Positions 1 to 8,066 are shown, counted from the first letter of the stretch. The stretch: DNA of 19,619 nucleotides from Bdellovibrionota bacterium (GCA_044345055.1 JBIJBT010000053.1:1-19619), one strand, 5' to 3'. Made by a program: numbers and translations. Notes: generated by a model from the letters alone, not told the origin.

Positions 1-1
1 A

Positions 2-508
2 GGAGATAAGATATCGCGTCACTTCGATTCAATGATCGCAAAATTAATCGTAAAGGGAGCCGACCGCTACCAGGCACTTGACCGCGCGCGGGAGGCTATT
101 TCACAGACGACCATCACAGGGGTTCGAACTAATTGTGATTTTTTGGGTTGGTTACTCCGAGACACCCCCTTTCGCGCGCGACCACTTGATATTCAATGGA
201 TCGGTCGAGAGAATCGTCGAGATGATGTAGCCCGCTATCGGGCTTCGCGGATGGTGAAGGATCCTGCGCATCGAATCGTTGGAACTATCGGGGAATATCA
301 GGAGCGTTTTATTGTGCCTGATCCTCATGGAGTGGAGCTCGAGGTGATGATTACTCACAAGCGAGATGGTACCTTTGTTGCGGAGTTGCTAGGGCCATGT
401 GGTGAGAGCTACTCGGGGCGGTCGCCACGCACCATGCGTCGATGGTCCAACGATCGCGAGGCTGCGATCGCTTCACTTTGTCAGGAGGTCATCAATGAGC
501 GGAAATGA
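2..508 (+). CDS. Biotin carboxylase (acyl-CoA carboxylase BC subunit family), 3' part; 5' end outside window
   Basis: The frame is open from position 2: GDKISRHFDSMIAKLIVKGADRYQALDRAREAISQTTITGVRTNCDFL. This matches the BC C-terminal motif (Y/F)DSMIAKLIV..G..R..A...(I)xG(V)xTN. No biotinyl (AMKM) domain follows before the stop. Confidence 0.88.
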   Translation, partial: GDKISRHFDSMIAKLIVKGADRYQALDRAREAISQTTITGVRTNCDFLGWLLRDTPFRARPLDIQWIGRENRRDDVARYRASRMVKDPAHRIVGTIGEYQERFIVPDPHGVELEVMITHKRDGTFVAELLGPCGESYSGRSPRTMRRWSNDREAAIASLCQEVINERK

Positions 509-1010
509 TGCGCATGGCGCGTTCGAGAGAGAATGTTTAACGCTTAGAGAGGTGCGAACAAAATACTCAGCGGGACCGACAACGGGGATTTTTACTGATG
601 GAAGCTCGATACCTAACCCGGGACCAGGTGGGTGGGGATTTGTCCATGTAATAGAGGGGGAGATAGTTGCAGAGCGACACGGTCACCATCCTGATACAAC
701 CAATAATCGGATGGAGTTAACTGCTTTGATTGAGGCGTATAAGCATCTTCCAGTTGATGCCGTTGTTACTATGCACTCGGATAGTAACCTCTGTGTTCAA
801 ACAGTTAATCAATGGGCCGCCTCGTGGGAGCGTCAGGGGTGGAAACGAAAAACTGGTCCGATAGCGAATCTTGAACTAGTAAAAGAGCTTTATCACGAAC
901 ACAAAAGGCATCCAAAAGTAAAGTTGATTTGGGTAAAAGCTCACAATGGATGGCTGTGGAACGAATACGCCGATGCGCTCTCGACTGCGTGGATGCGGGG
1001 ATCATTATAG
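495..1010 (+). CDS. rnhA: Ribonuclease HI
   Basis: Motifs FTDGSSIPNPGPGGWG, TTNNRMELTA, SDS and WVKAHNG..WNEYADAL. AGGAGG at 483-488 precedes the ATG at 495, which is preferred over GTG 399. Overlaps the upstream gene by 14 nt. Confidence 0.95.
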   Translation: MSGNDAHGAFERECLTLREVRTKYSAGPTTGIFTDGSSIPNPGPGGWGFVHVIEGEIVAERHGHHPDTTNNRMELTALIEAYKHLPVDAVVTMHSDSNLCVQTVNQWAASWERQGWKRKTGPIANLELVKELYHEHKRHPKVKLIWVKAHNGWLWNEYADALSTAWMRGSL

Positions 1011-1064
1011 CAAGCAGAGTACGAGAGCTTTGGGTTGATTAATGGGGCTCGAAAATCTTGGGCT

Positions 1065-1670
1065 CTATCTTTTTCCGTGATGAGATCTATCGGTTTTGTC
1101 GAGGTGGTGTTGTGACGGTTTGGGGGAGTGAGTATCGCTTTTGGGAAGTGAACTAAATTCGGGCGCAAGGCATCGCTGCCAATTACTATTAAGTTGTTGG
1201 GCCTTTTCTCTAATCTTCGTCCTACTTAGCGGAGAGCAGGGAGTTGAGTGTTTTTTTGTTTTTGCCTCAGTTGTCAGCTCTGGTGCTCTGAAGATTTCAC
1301 TGGAAATCTCCGCAGATCGGTCTTTTTGATAGTCTTTAGGATTATCGGCTAGGATTGCTCCCGCAATAAGAGATCGAAATTGCTCTAATGGTGGGAGTGC
1401 TTGTTCGGGAAGTTCTAAAAGTATGCCGGTACTAATTCCTGAGACGAGTGTTGTTATAAGTGCGGCATCGGCAATCAATGAGGGTATTGGTAAGTTTTGA
1501 TTTGGCGACACCGATGATTGTGGCCCCTTCACAATATTATTTTTAGGATTTGTTTCTATTGCGCTTTTTTCTGAAGCCCTCGTTTCTGTAACTCTTGCCG
1601 AAATGTGAGAGAGATGATCGAACCTAGATGATGGAGAGTCATGTGACGGAGAGAGTTCTTCAAAACCCAT
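1065..1670 (-). CDS. Hypothetical Ser/Pro-rich protein (about 201 aa), possible paralog of the 2524-3246 gene
   Basis: Long ORF in an otherwise empty region; first ATG at 1670 (MGFEELSPSHDS). Disordered composition with one short hydrophobic stretch. Motif PCSPLSRTKIREKAQQL at 1191-1241. Confidence 0.55.
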   Translation of the reverse strand: MGFEELSPSHDSPSSRFDHLSHISARVTETRASEKSAIETNPKNNIVKGPQSSVSPNQNLPIPSLIADAALITTLVSGISTGILLELPEQALPPLEQFRSLIAGAILADNPKDYQKDRSAEISSEIFRAPELTTEAKTKKHSTPCSPLSRTKIREKAQQLNSNWQRCLAPEFSSLPKSDTHSPKPSQHHLDKTDRSHHGKR

Positions 1671-1818
1671 ATGTAAAAGCCGTTTATGAGTAAGAGTTAC
1701 TGGACAAATAATTGAATCCCAAAAATCCAATAAGGTCCATTTATAGAGCTTTATTCTGCGTTTTTTTTACTTGGTGATACAAGTTAGATTTTTGTTTGCT
1801 TATGTGGGCGATTCTCAA

Positions 1819-1857
1819 CAAATTAGGCCAAAAAACGAGATGATCTGCACGTTTTAT
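1819..1857. repeat. 39-bp imperfect direct repeat, copy 1
   Basis: CAAATTAGGCCAAAAAACGAGATGATCTGCACGTTTTAT; 35/39 identical to 3813-3851. Flanked by a 9-bp inverted repeat, GATTCTCAA (1810-1818) / TTGAGAATC (1864-1872). Confidence 0.85.
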
Positions 1858-2223
1858 CGGGACTTGAGAATCAGGACGAATTACCTCAACTTAAAAGCTA
1901 TCGAAGAGATATTAGCCTGTTCCTATCACAGGCCCTCGTTTCAATTCAGAGGATTAGGAGGGAACCATTTGAACTTCTTCGTAAAAGAGCCTAAGAGACC
2001 TCTACGCCTCTGAGCCATAGAGATTTGAGCTATAGAGGTTCGGGCATGCCAGGGCCGACTGACATAAGATGGCATGTCGCACATGATCTTTAGACAGGGA
2101 GAGGAGAGAGTTACGTAAAAAAAAGACCGTCGAGAGCTCGCGGCTTAAGCTACCTAGACTGGGTGATTACTGGGTCAGATTCTAGGACGATATTGAGGTG
2201 ATTTCAGACAATCGGATCGCCGC

Positions 2224-2505
2224 TCAGTTGAGTTCTTGAAAACCTGATTTGATGGTAAATCTCCGAAAAATCAGTAACACCGAAAGAGAGCTCGTCACGA
2301 TAGCCCCAACAGATGAGCCGTAGAAACGTAGCCCCAGGCTTCGACAGCGGGTTATCGGGTTAAACAGAAACGAATCCCCACACAATTCCAGGGCCGGTGA
2401 TATCGCAGATTCCCATCCATAATAAATGGCACAGGTAGTCAGATACAGCGCTATCACGAGAAGAACGAGTATTCGAAGCAGGTCCCACACCCATGTGCTC
2501 TTCAT
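2224..2505 (-). CDS. Small two-TM membrane protein, candidate immunity protein
   Basis: AGGAG (complement of 2512-2516) lies 6 nt before ATG 2505. Two hydrophobic segments (ILVLLVIALYLTTCAIYY; VGAIVTSSLSVLLIF) flank a loop with Cys residues. Starts 18 nt after the stop of the upstream gene. Confidence 0.65.
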   Translation of the reverse strand: MKSTWVWDLLRILVLLVIALYLTTCAIYYGWESAISPALELCGDSFLFNPITRCRSLGLRFYGSSVGAIVTSSLSVLLIFRRFTIKSGFQELN

Positions 2506-2523
2506 GAACATCTCCTACCGCAT

Positions 2524-3246
2524 TCACTCGCTACGCGTTGGTATCGGCCCCGGAGCTGGCATGGGGCGCGTAGGAGACGCCGTACGGCACTCCTCGAGGA
2601 TTGATGCACTCCACGACTGACAGTGGTTCAAAAGCGTCCACTGTCCGTTCGAGGCTCCAATGGTCGCCCGTGACCTAATGCAGCTTTCCTCAACACCCTC
2701 AATTTTTGTACAAACGGTGTCGGGACCATGAGCCTCGTTCGCGTGATCATTTACACAGGTCTCAGCAATATACGGCAGATCGCTCTGATTACCTGGGGTG
2801 CTTCCATCACAGTTCCCGACTCCCACCTCGAGATTCTTTGTGTAAATCCAGTGATGATTTACCAATCCCATCGCGATCTGCGCGGGTCGTTTGCAAAGAT
2901 AGACACCGTCGGAATCCCTCATGTCGGGCGAACCCTTTGAGTGGGATAGCTGGGACAATTTGTCTTTTATTTGGCTTGATAACGGCGAAGGCGGGGCTAA
3001 TTGGGTAGGTATGTGGACGGGGGCAATCACGGTACGGCGCGATTCCTCTGTCGCCCCTTGCTCATTCCGACCGACTGGGTGAGCCAGGTGGAAATTCTGT
3101 TGAGTTGGTATCTTACTCGGAATTGTAGGCTCTGGCCTCGCTTTTTCTGCTATTTGCCTCAAAGCTTTATCTTTTAACGGCTCCGACAGAGAGAGTCCGA
3201 TCGGGTTCTGCTCAATGGTTCTTTGTTGGGTAATAAGGTCTGGCAT
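2524..3246 (-). CDS. Protein with disordered N-terminus and Cys-rich C-terminal permuted papain-like (NlpC/P60-permuted, PPPDE/LRAT-like) toxin-like domain
   Basis: First ATG at 3246 (MPDLITQQ). The C-terminal domain has VYLCKRPA...NHHWIYT...WTLLNHCQSWSASILEEC, a His-before-NxC order typical of permuted papain-like folds seen at RHS C-termini. Confidence 0.6.
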   Translation of the reverse strand: MPDLITQQRTIEQNPIGLSLSEPLKDKALRQIAEKARPEPTIPSKIPTQQNFHLAHPVGRNEQGATEESRRTVIAPVHIPTQLAPPSPLSSQIKDKLSQLSHSKGSPDMRDSDGVYLCKRPAQIAMGLVNHHWIYTKNLEVGVGNCDGSTPGNQSDLPYIAETCVNDHANEAHGPDTVCTKIEGVEESCIRSRATIGASNGQWTLLNHCQSWSASILEECRTASPTRPMPAPGPIPTRSE

Positions 3247-3315
3247 AGTTAAAAATCCGTGTGATGCTTCGTACGCAGTCGAACGGAAATTAATATCATT
3301 TCCAAACTTTGTAAA

Positions 3316-3531
3316 TCTGAAACCCTGATGCAGCAAGCCGCGAACAACACCAAGGAGCAGTTTGCAAACTCACCCGATCTCACGCAAGAGATATTGAACG
3401 CCATCATGGACGCCCTCGTTGCGCACAACGAGATGAGTGCGCAGGCGCTCGGCTCGCCGGAGATTCAGCGTGGATTGCGCGATATTCTTCTCGGGCCGGC
3501 GCGGTTGTATGAGACGTTACGGGGAGGATGA
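3316..3531 (+). pseudogene. hsdR: 3'-terminal fragment of type I restriction endonuclease R subunit
   Basis: SETLMQQAANNTKEQFANSPDLTQEILNAIMDALVAHNEMSAQALGS...GLRDILLGPARLYETLR resembles the C-terminus of a widespread HsdR subfamily, recognised from memory. Only about 70 codons are present, and the segment looks GC-richer than its left flank. Confidence 0.75.
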
Positions 3532-3683
3532 TGGCGAGATGGTCGCAGTGGAGGGGGTGCGCGAACGATCGTCAGTGCCGTAAGGATAATCGATCGCTCT
3601 GGTGCGCTCTACATTATGCAAATTCACCCGCCTTTTTTCACTTCATCAGTAACGATCTTATTCCCGGAGACACCGAGGCTCTT

Positions 3684-3741
3684 ATGAGAAACTATCACCG
3701 CGTCATGCTCGGCCGAAAAAGTGTGTGCGCGCAGGCGTGCT
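3684..3741 (+). pseudogene. 5'-terminal fragment of NucS/DUF91-domain endonuclease-like gene
   Basis: GAGG (3675-3678) precedes ATG 3684. MRNYHRVMLGRKSVCAQAC resembles the N-terminus (M.xYYRVMLGRKSV.A..C) of DUF91/NucS-domain proteins found next to type I RM loci, recalled from memory. Similarity stops at the palindrome. Confidence 0.55.
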
Positions 3742-3774
3742 CTTACATCTATACCTATGAGGTATAGATGTAAG
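3742..3774. repeat. Perfect 15-bp inverted repeat with 3-nt spacer
   Basis: CTTACATCTATACCT-ATG-AGGTATAGATGTAAG; no flanking T-tract on either strand. Confidence 0.9.
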
Positions 3775-3812
3775 GGGATCAACGGGTTGTTTATATTTTG
3801 TCCCCTACAGAT

Positions 3813-3851
3813 CAAATTAGCTCAAAAAACGAGCTGTTCTGCACGTTTTAT
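3813..3851. repeat. 39-bp imperfect direct repeat, copy 2 (overlaps 3' end of the transglycosylase gene)
   Basis: CAAATTAGCTCAAAAAACGAGCTGTTCTGCACGTTTTAT; internal dyad AAAACGAGC-N6-GCACGTTTT. Confidence 0.85.
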
Positions 3852-4838
3852 AGGGGCCTTTTTGATTGATTTTTTTTGTTGAGAAATTTGGCTCTTTTTT
3901 GGGTTTACAACAGAGACAACTTCTACACTTTGCATCCCACGAGCCTTTTCGTACTCGCGCAATATCGAACGGGAATAACCAATAGGACCTCTTGGAATTG
4001 TTCTTCGGTGTTTGAGTGCTCGCTGAAGATTTCCTGGTCCCCAGTTATATGCAATCAGCATGTGCGAGAGGTTGTGAGGAAATTGTTTGAGAAGATATTT
4101 CAGATAGGTAATACCGAGCTGAAGATTGTATGCAGGAGAGCAGAGCCGTTGCGATCCGCTCCACGAGGTTTGGCGGAGTCCACAGACAAATCTTCCTGTT
4201 GAGGGAAGAATTTGCATGAGGCCGATTGCTCCTGCTGATGAAACAACCGATCGCCTAAACCCGCTTTCATGACGAATAAGTGTGGCAACAAATACAGGAT
4301 CAACCCTTTGTTTGTGAGATTCTGAAACGATCGCCTGAGCAAGCTCCTCTGATTCTGTCGAACCAAGAGATCGTCGGGTTGATCTGGCAAGTATTCTATC
4401 TACAGAGGTGCGATCTTTCTCCAGAGATGATCCTTCATAAGAGAAGATTTTGTGATGGTCCCCAGGGGATGAGAAAAAAGGTAGATCTACTCCTGCTGGA
4501 AGAGATGAATCTTCGGGAAAAGGAGACCGAAGAGCACCCGAAATTATCGCAAGAGTCACACCATAAGTTGCGGTGATACCGTGAAGAGCGACGACTAGGT
4601 AAAAGAGTAGCTTATAAGTAGAGTCGATACTCCAGTCTATTGCTCGCCCTATACGAGTGGCGATGCGAACTCTGAGAGGTATTCGATTTTTTTTGATGAG
4701 AAATCTATATACACGGAGTATCAGTGCCCACGGAGCTCTGAGAGTCCGGACTGGGGGACGAGGTGAAGCGATCGGCAGCTCCTGAAATCTTCGATCCCGC
4801 GAAAATCCACCTTTTTGCTTTTCCAGTGATTGTCCCAT
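3822..4838 (-). CDS. Membrane-anchored lytic transglycosylase (SLT domain)
   Basis: SLT motifs VDPVFVATLIRHESGF (catalytic Glu), SSAGAIGLMQILPSTG, NLQLGITYL and AYNWGPG. One N-terminal TM segment. Start codon uncertain. Confidence 0.9.
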   Translation of the reverse strand: MGQSLEKQKGGFSRDRRFQELPIASPRPPVRTLRAPWALILRVYRFLIKKNRIPLRVRIATRIGRAIDWSIDSTYKLLFYLVVALHGITATYGVTLAIISGALRSPFPEDSSLPAGVDLPFFSSPGDHHKIFSYEGSSLEKDRTSVDRILARSTRRSLGSTESEELAQAIVSESHKQRVDPVFVATLIRHESGFRRSVVSSAGAIGLMQILPSTGRFVCGLRQTSWSGSQRLCSPAYNLQLGITYLKYLLKQFPHNLSHMLIAYNWGPGNLQRALKHRRTIPRGPIGYSRSILREYEKARGMQSVEVVSVVNPKKSQISQQKKSIKKAPIKRAEQLVF

Positions 4839-4951
4839 AGTGACTATTCAGCTTCCAAAAAACCGAATAACGGTAGGACAAGGGTCGCTTGAAAGATAAA
4901 AAACCGCTAGTTTTTTTCTCAAATATTGAGACTGAAATAGTACACAGCCTG

Positions 4952-4990
4952 AAATAAAGTGAGTTTTCCCCTCGACTCTAAGGAACTCAC
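4952..4990 (-). terminator. Possible intrinsic terminator after the methyltransferase-like gene
   Basis: GTGAGTT (4959-4965) / AACTCAC (4984-4990) stem followed by TTTATTT on the minus strand, about 45 nt after the stop at 5034. Confidence 0.3.
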
Positions 4991-5033
4991 AAATTACCCG
5001 ATTATCTATTCAGAAGATTGCCACAATCGTTTT

Positions 5034-5777
5034 TTAGCGCCAGTCCTTACTGTAGATTTCAAACGAATCGTTTAGTTGAGATAAATTTACTCCTTCACGT
5101 GGCTTAAAGATTGCCATTCGTCCTGCCATATTCGTTAATATGGCGAATTTCTCTATCTCTTTGTAAAAATACCGCTCCTCATAGTCGTCAACCAGTAGCT
5201 CCCAATCGCTCTTTCCCTGAAGTGCCCTTATAGAAGCAAGGGCACACGCGACGCGAAACCTTCCGTCTACCAGTACAAGATCTGGTGAAAAATTATCCCC
5301 TGCATTCCAGGGACTAAGTGGATAGTTTCTCCACTGCTGCAACCGTTTTTCATCTCTGCCATGAAAAACTGGAGTGCCCCACGCCTGAGTAAGTCCAATA
5401 TCAGCGTGAATAAACGATATGTTGGACAAATTAATCGGTTCGTTGAGCGAAGAAATTTTCCTTTTTACCGCGTCAAGGAAGTAGGGATCTGAGTCAACGG
5501 TCTTAAATACCTTTCCTTCGCGAGCTGCAACCACGGTCGAACCTCCACCGCCATATTCGAGATAGCTGTGGGCTTCCCGAAGCTTTGAGATGAAATAATC
5601 GTAGCTGGCGGGGTCAAAGTGTGGTTGGTCCCCTATTGTAAAACCTTTTATCCGTTGAGCGTAGAAAAATCGTGGGTACATCGCCAAGTCGATACAGCGG
5701 ACGATTGGTCGTGGAAGAGATGAAAGGCGGACGAGTCCATCGGTTTTTTTGCGTTCGGCGGGGGTTTCGGTGGCCAT
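5034..5777 (-). CDS. Class I SAM-dependent methyltransferase-like protein (possibly glycan-modifying)
   Basis: YLEYGGGGST (motif I-like), TVDSD, PDLVLVDGRFRVAC and LLVDDY..R..Y. Start could be ATG 5777 or ATG 5681. Confidence 0.7.
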   Translation of the reverse strand: MATETPAERKKTDGLVRLSSLPRPIVRCIDLAMYPRFFYAQRIKGFTIGDQPHFDPASYDYFISKLREAHSYLEYGGGGSTVVAAREGKVFKTVDSDPYFLDAVKRKISSLNEPINLSNISFIHADIGLTQAWGTPVFHGRDEKRLQQWRNYPLSPWNAGDNFSPDLVLVDGRFRVACALASIRALQGKSDWELLVDDYEERYFYKEIEKFAILTNMAGRMAIFKPREGVNLSQLNDSFEIYSKDWR

Positions 5778-5958
5778 ACGAGTCGCTTTTGGAAAAAAAA
5801 GGGCGGCTGGCAATCAGCGGCCTTCTTCCGCCAGCCTAGCCGACCGTTCGGGGCTTTTCAAGAAATGTGCGCCGTATTTGGCGAGATAGTCGCGGAATGT
5901 GTTACTATAGGGCTCATTTACGCCTGTATTTTGTGGTACCGAAGGAGACGATTATCCC

Positions 5959-7857
5959 GTGGTTGAGCTGCCGAAAGTTGTTGTTATAGGAGGGGGGCAC
6001 GCTGGAGTTGAAGCTGCAGCGGCTGCCGCGAGGGTTGGCGCTGATGTGGTGTTGATCTCGCTGAAAATGAGCGGTATCGGCCAGATGTCGTGCAATCCAG
6101 CGATCGGTGGAGTCGGCAAGGGGCATCTGGTGAGAGAGGTTGATGCGTGTGGTGGTTTAATGGGGCAGGCGATTGATGATACCGGAATCCAGTTTCGAAC
6201 GCTGAACGCGAGCAAAGGACCAGCCGTTCGGGCATCGCGAGCCCAAGCAGATCGAGATCTCTACAAAGCCCGAATTCAACAGCTCGTTCAGGCTCAGGAG
6301 CGGTTAAAGGTGGTCGAGGGTGAGGCCGCGGGGATCGTCGTCGAAAAGGGTCGGACCGTTGGGGTAAAGCTTCGAGATGGATCAATAATTCCGTGTGGTG
6401 CCGCTGTTGTCACCTCTGGTACTTTTTTGCGGGGTATCATGCACACCGGCTCTCGCCAAAGCGAGGGCGGGCGTGTCGGTGATGAAGCGGTGGTAGGGCT
6501 TAGCGATAATCTCCGCTCGCTTGGTTTTTCGCTGGGTCGATTAAAAACTGGAACGCCTCCGCGATTGTGTCGACACTCGATCGATTATTCTCGGCTACAG
6601 GAGCAGCCTGGAGAACCAGACCCTACTCCATTTTCAATGATGACTCGTGCGATATCTCGCCCACAAATTTCGTGCTGGCTCACCGAAACAAATGAAGCGA
6701 TGCACGAGCTGATTCGGGGAAAACGGGAGGAAAGCCCACTTTTTAATGGGCAGATAACTTCGGGTGGGCCGCGCTATTGTCCATCGATTGAAGATAAGGT
6801 GTTTCGATTTCCCGAGCGAAGTTCCCATACGGTGTTTCTTGAGCCGGAGGGATTTGATTCAGGAGTTGTGTATCCGAACGGCATATCGACCAGCCTTCCA
6901 GAGGAGCTCCAGCTTGCCTTCGTCCGAAAGATTCGGGGTTTGGAGAACGCGCGAATCTTGGTGCCGGGTTACGCCGTTGAGTACGATATGGTCGATCCTC
7001 GCGCATTAAAACCGACCCTCGAAACAAAGGAGGTAGCGGGACTCTTTTTTGCGGGGCAGATAAATGGAACCTCTGGTTATGAAGAGGCAGCAGCGCAGGG
7101 ATTGATTGCGGGGACAAACGCTGCTTTACAGCAGCTTGAGAAAGAGCCCTTCCTTTTATCTCGTGCAGAGGCCTATATTGGGGTCATGGTCGATGATTTA
7201 ACCTCTCGGGGTGTTGATGAACCGTACCGAATGTTCACCTCTCGCGCCGAATATCGGCTGACTTTGCGTGAGGATAATGCATCTAGCAGGCTTTGCGATA
7301 AGGCGCGGCGGGTGGGTTTGGTATCAGATGAACAGTGGCGAGTTCACGAAGAGCGAGAAGCTCAGCGTGAGCAGTTACATCAGTGGTGCAGCGATGTGCG
7401 GTTGAAGCCGACCGCTGAGGTAAATGGATGGCTTCAGGGGGTCGGAAGCGCAGAGCTTCGGGATAGTATTCGTGTTGCTGATCTGATTCGTCGCCCAGAG
7501 CTTAATCTGCGTGAATTGGTTGGGCTCTTTTCTGAGCTCGGAGAATTGCGGAAAGAGGTTGTCGATTCTGTGGAGGTCGATCTCAAGTTTAAGGGATACC
7601 TTGAGCGACAAGAGGAGGAGATTGCCCGCTTACGGCGCGATGAGGAGGTAACGATACCGACCGATTTTTCGTATGATTCGATCGTTAGTCTTCGTACCGA
7701 GGCGAGGGAGAAATTTAAACTTCATCGGCCTCATTCTCTTGGACAGGCGCTTCGGATTCCGGGTATACCGCCGAGCGCGGTTGCGATCGTTGCGGTTCAT
7801 CTGAAGCGATTACGGGAACTCTCTGCGCCGCACTCCATGGTTGCTGAGGGGGAATGA
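5959..7857 (+). CDS. mnmG: tRNA uridine-5-carboxymethylaminomethyl(34) synthesis enzyme MnmG (GidA)
   Basis: [65 protein letters not shown] and [14 protein letters not shown]; full length at 632 aa; AAGGAG at 5943-5948. Confidence 0.98.
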   Translation: MVELPKVVVIGGGHAGVEAAAAAARVGADVVLISLKMSGIGQMSCNPAIGGVGKGHLVREVDACGGLMGQAIDDTGIQFRTLNASKGPAVRASRAQADRDLYKARIQQLVQAQERLKVVEGEAAGIVVEKGRTVGVKLRDGSIIPCGAAVVTSGTFLRGIMHTGSRQSEGGRVGDEAVVGLSDNLRSLGFSLGRLKTGTPPRLCRHSIDYSRLQEQPGEPDPTPFSMMTRAISRPQISCWLTETNEAMHELIRGKREESPLFNGQITSGGPRYCPSIEDKVFRFPERSSHTVFLEPEGFDSGVVYPNGISTSLPEELQLAFVRKIRGLENARILVPGYAVEYDMVDPRALKPTLETKEVAGLFFAGQINGTSGYEEAAAQGLIAGTNAALQQLEKEPFLLSRAEAYIGVMVDDLTSRGVDEPYRMFTSRAEYRLTLREDNASSRLCDKARRVGLVSDEQWRVHEEREAQREQLHQWCSDVRLKPTAEVNGWLQGVGSAELRDSIRVADLIRRPELNLRELVGLFSELGELRKEVVDSVEVDLKFKGYLERQEEEIARLRRDEEVTIPTDFSYDSIVSLRTEAREKFKLHRPHSLGQALRIPGIPPSAVAIVAVHLKRLRELSAPHSMVAEGE

Positions 7858-7859
7858 CA

Positions 7860-7920
7860 CCCTTTTCGGATTGCATCTTTGTCGCTGTTATCAAACAATA
7901 GCGGATGCAATCTCGGGGGG
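7860..7920. other. Long intergenic stem-loop between mnmG and topA
   Basis: GATTGCATC (7869-7877) / GATGCAATC (7904-7912), inner CGCTGTT/AATAGCG, and outer CCCTTTTCG/CGGGGGG pairing with G-U pairs. Confidence 0.5.
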
Positions 7921-8066
7921 AGGCAGCTTTAAGGTGTTGAGAAGAGCGATTTATTTGCTCTGCAATTCCTCTGCAGGTGGATTATAGGCCCTCAAGGGCA
8001 ATGAGCCCGAGCCCTATTAAAGCCCCCAAAAAGCTCGGTTCAAACGCCTCCCATAAGGAGTGTAGG

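Noticed and set aside
399..494. Extended rnhA start at GTG 399
   Set aside because: It overlaps the carboxylase gene extensively, and AGGAGG supports ATG 495.
1771..2013. 80-aa plus-strand ORF, and a start-less frame at 1827-1994 (…DISLFLSQALVSIQRIRREPFELLRKRA*)
   Set aside because: No RBS, no ATG/GTG start for the second frame, and no recognisable motif. I cannot support a gene or a transposase remnant.
3528..3767. 79-aa ORF as a full gene
   Set aside because: Only the part from ATG 3684 looks like a real (truncated) gene start. The rest is intergenic read-through and palindrome.
1819..3851. CRISPR array or integron attC interpretation of the repeats
   Set aside because: There are only two copies 2 kb apart, no spacer periodicity, no RYYYAAC/GTTRRRY boundaries, and no cas or intI gene in the window.
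7977..8066. N-terminal extension of TopA in the ORF track
   Set aside because: The conserved start MSKSLIIVESP and its RBS point to 8067.
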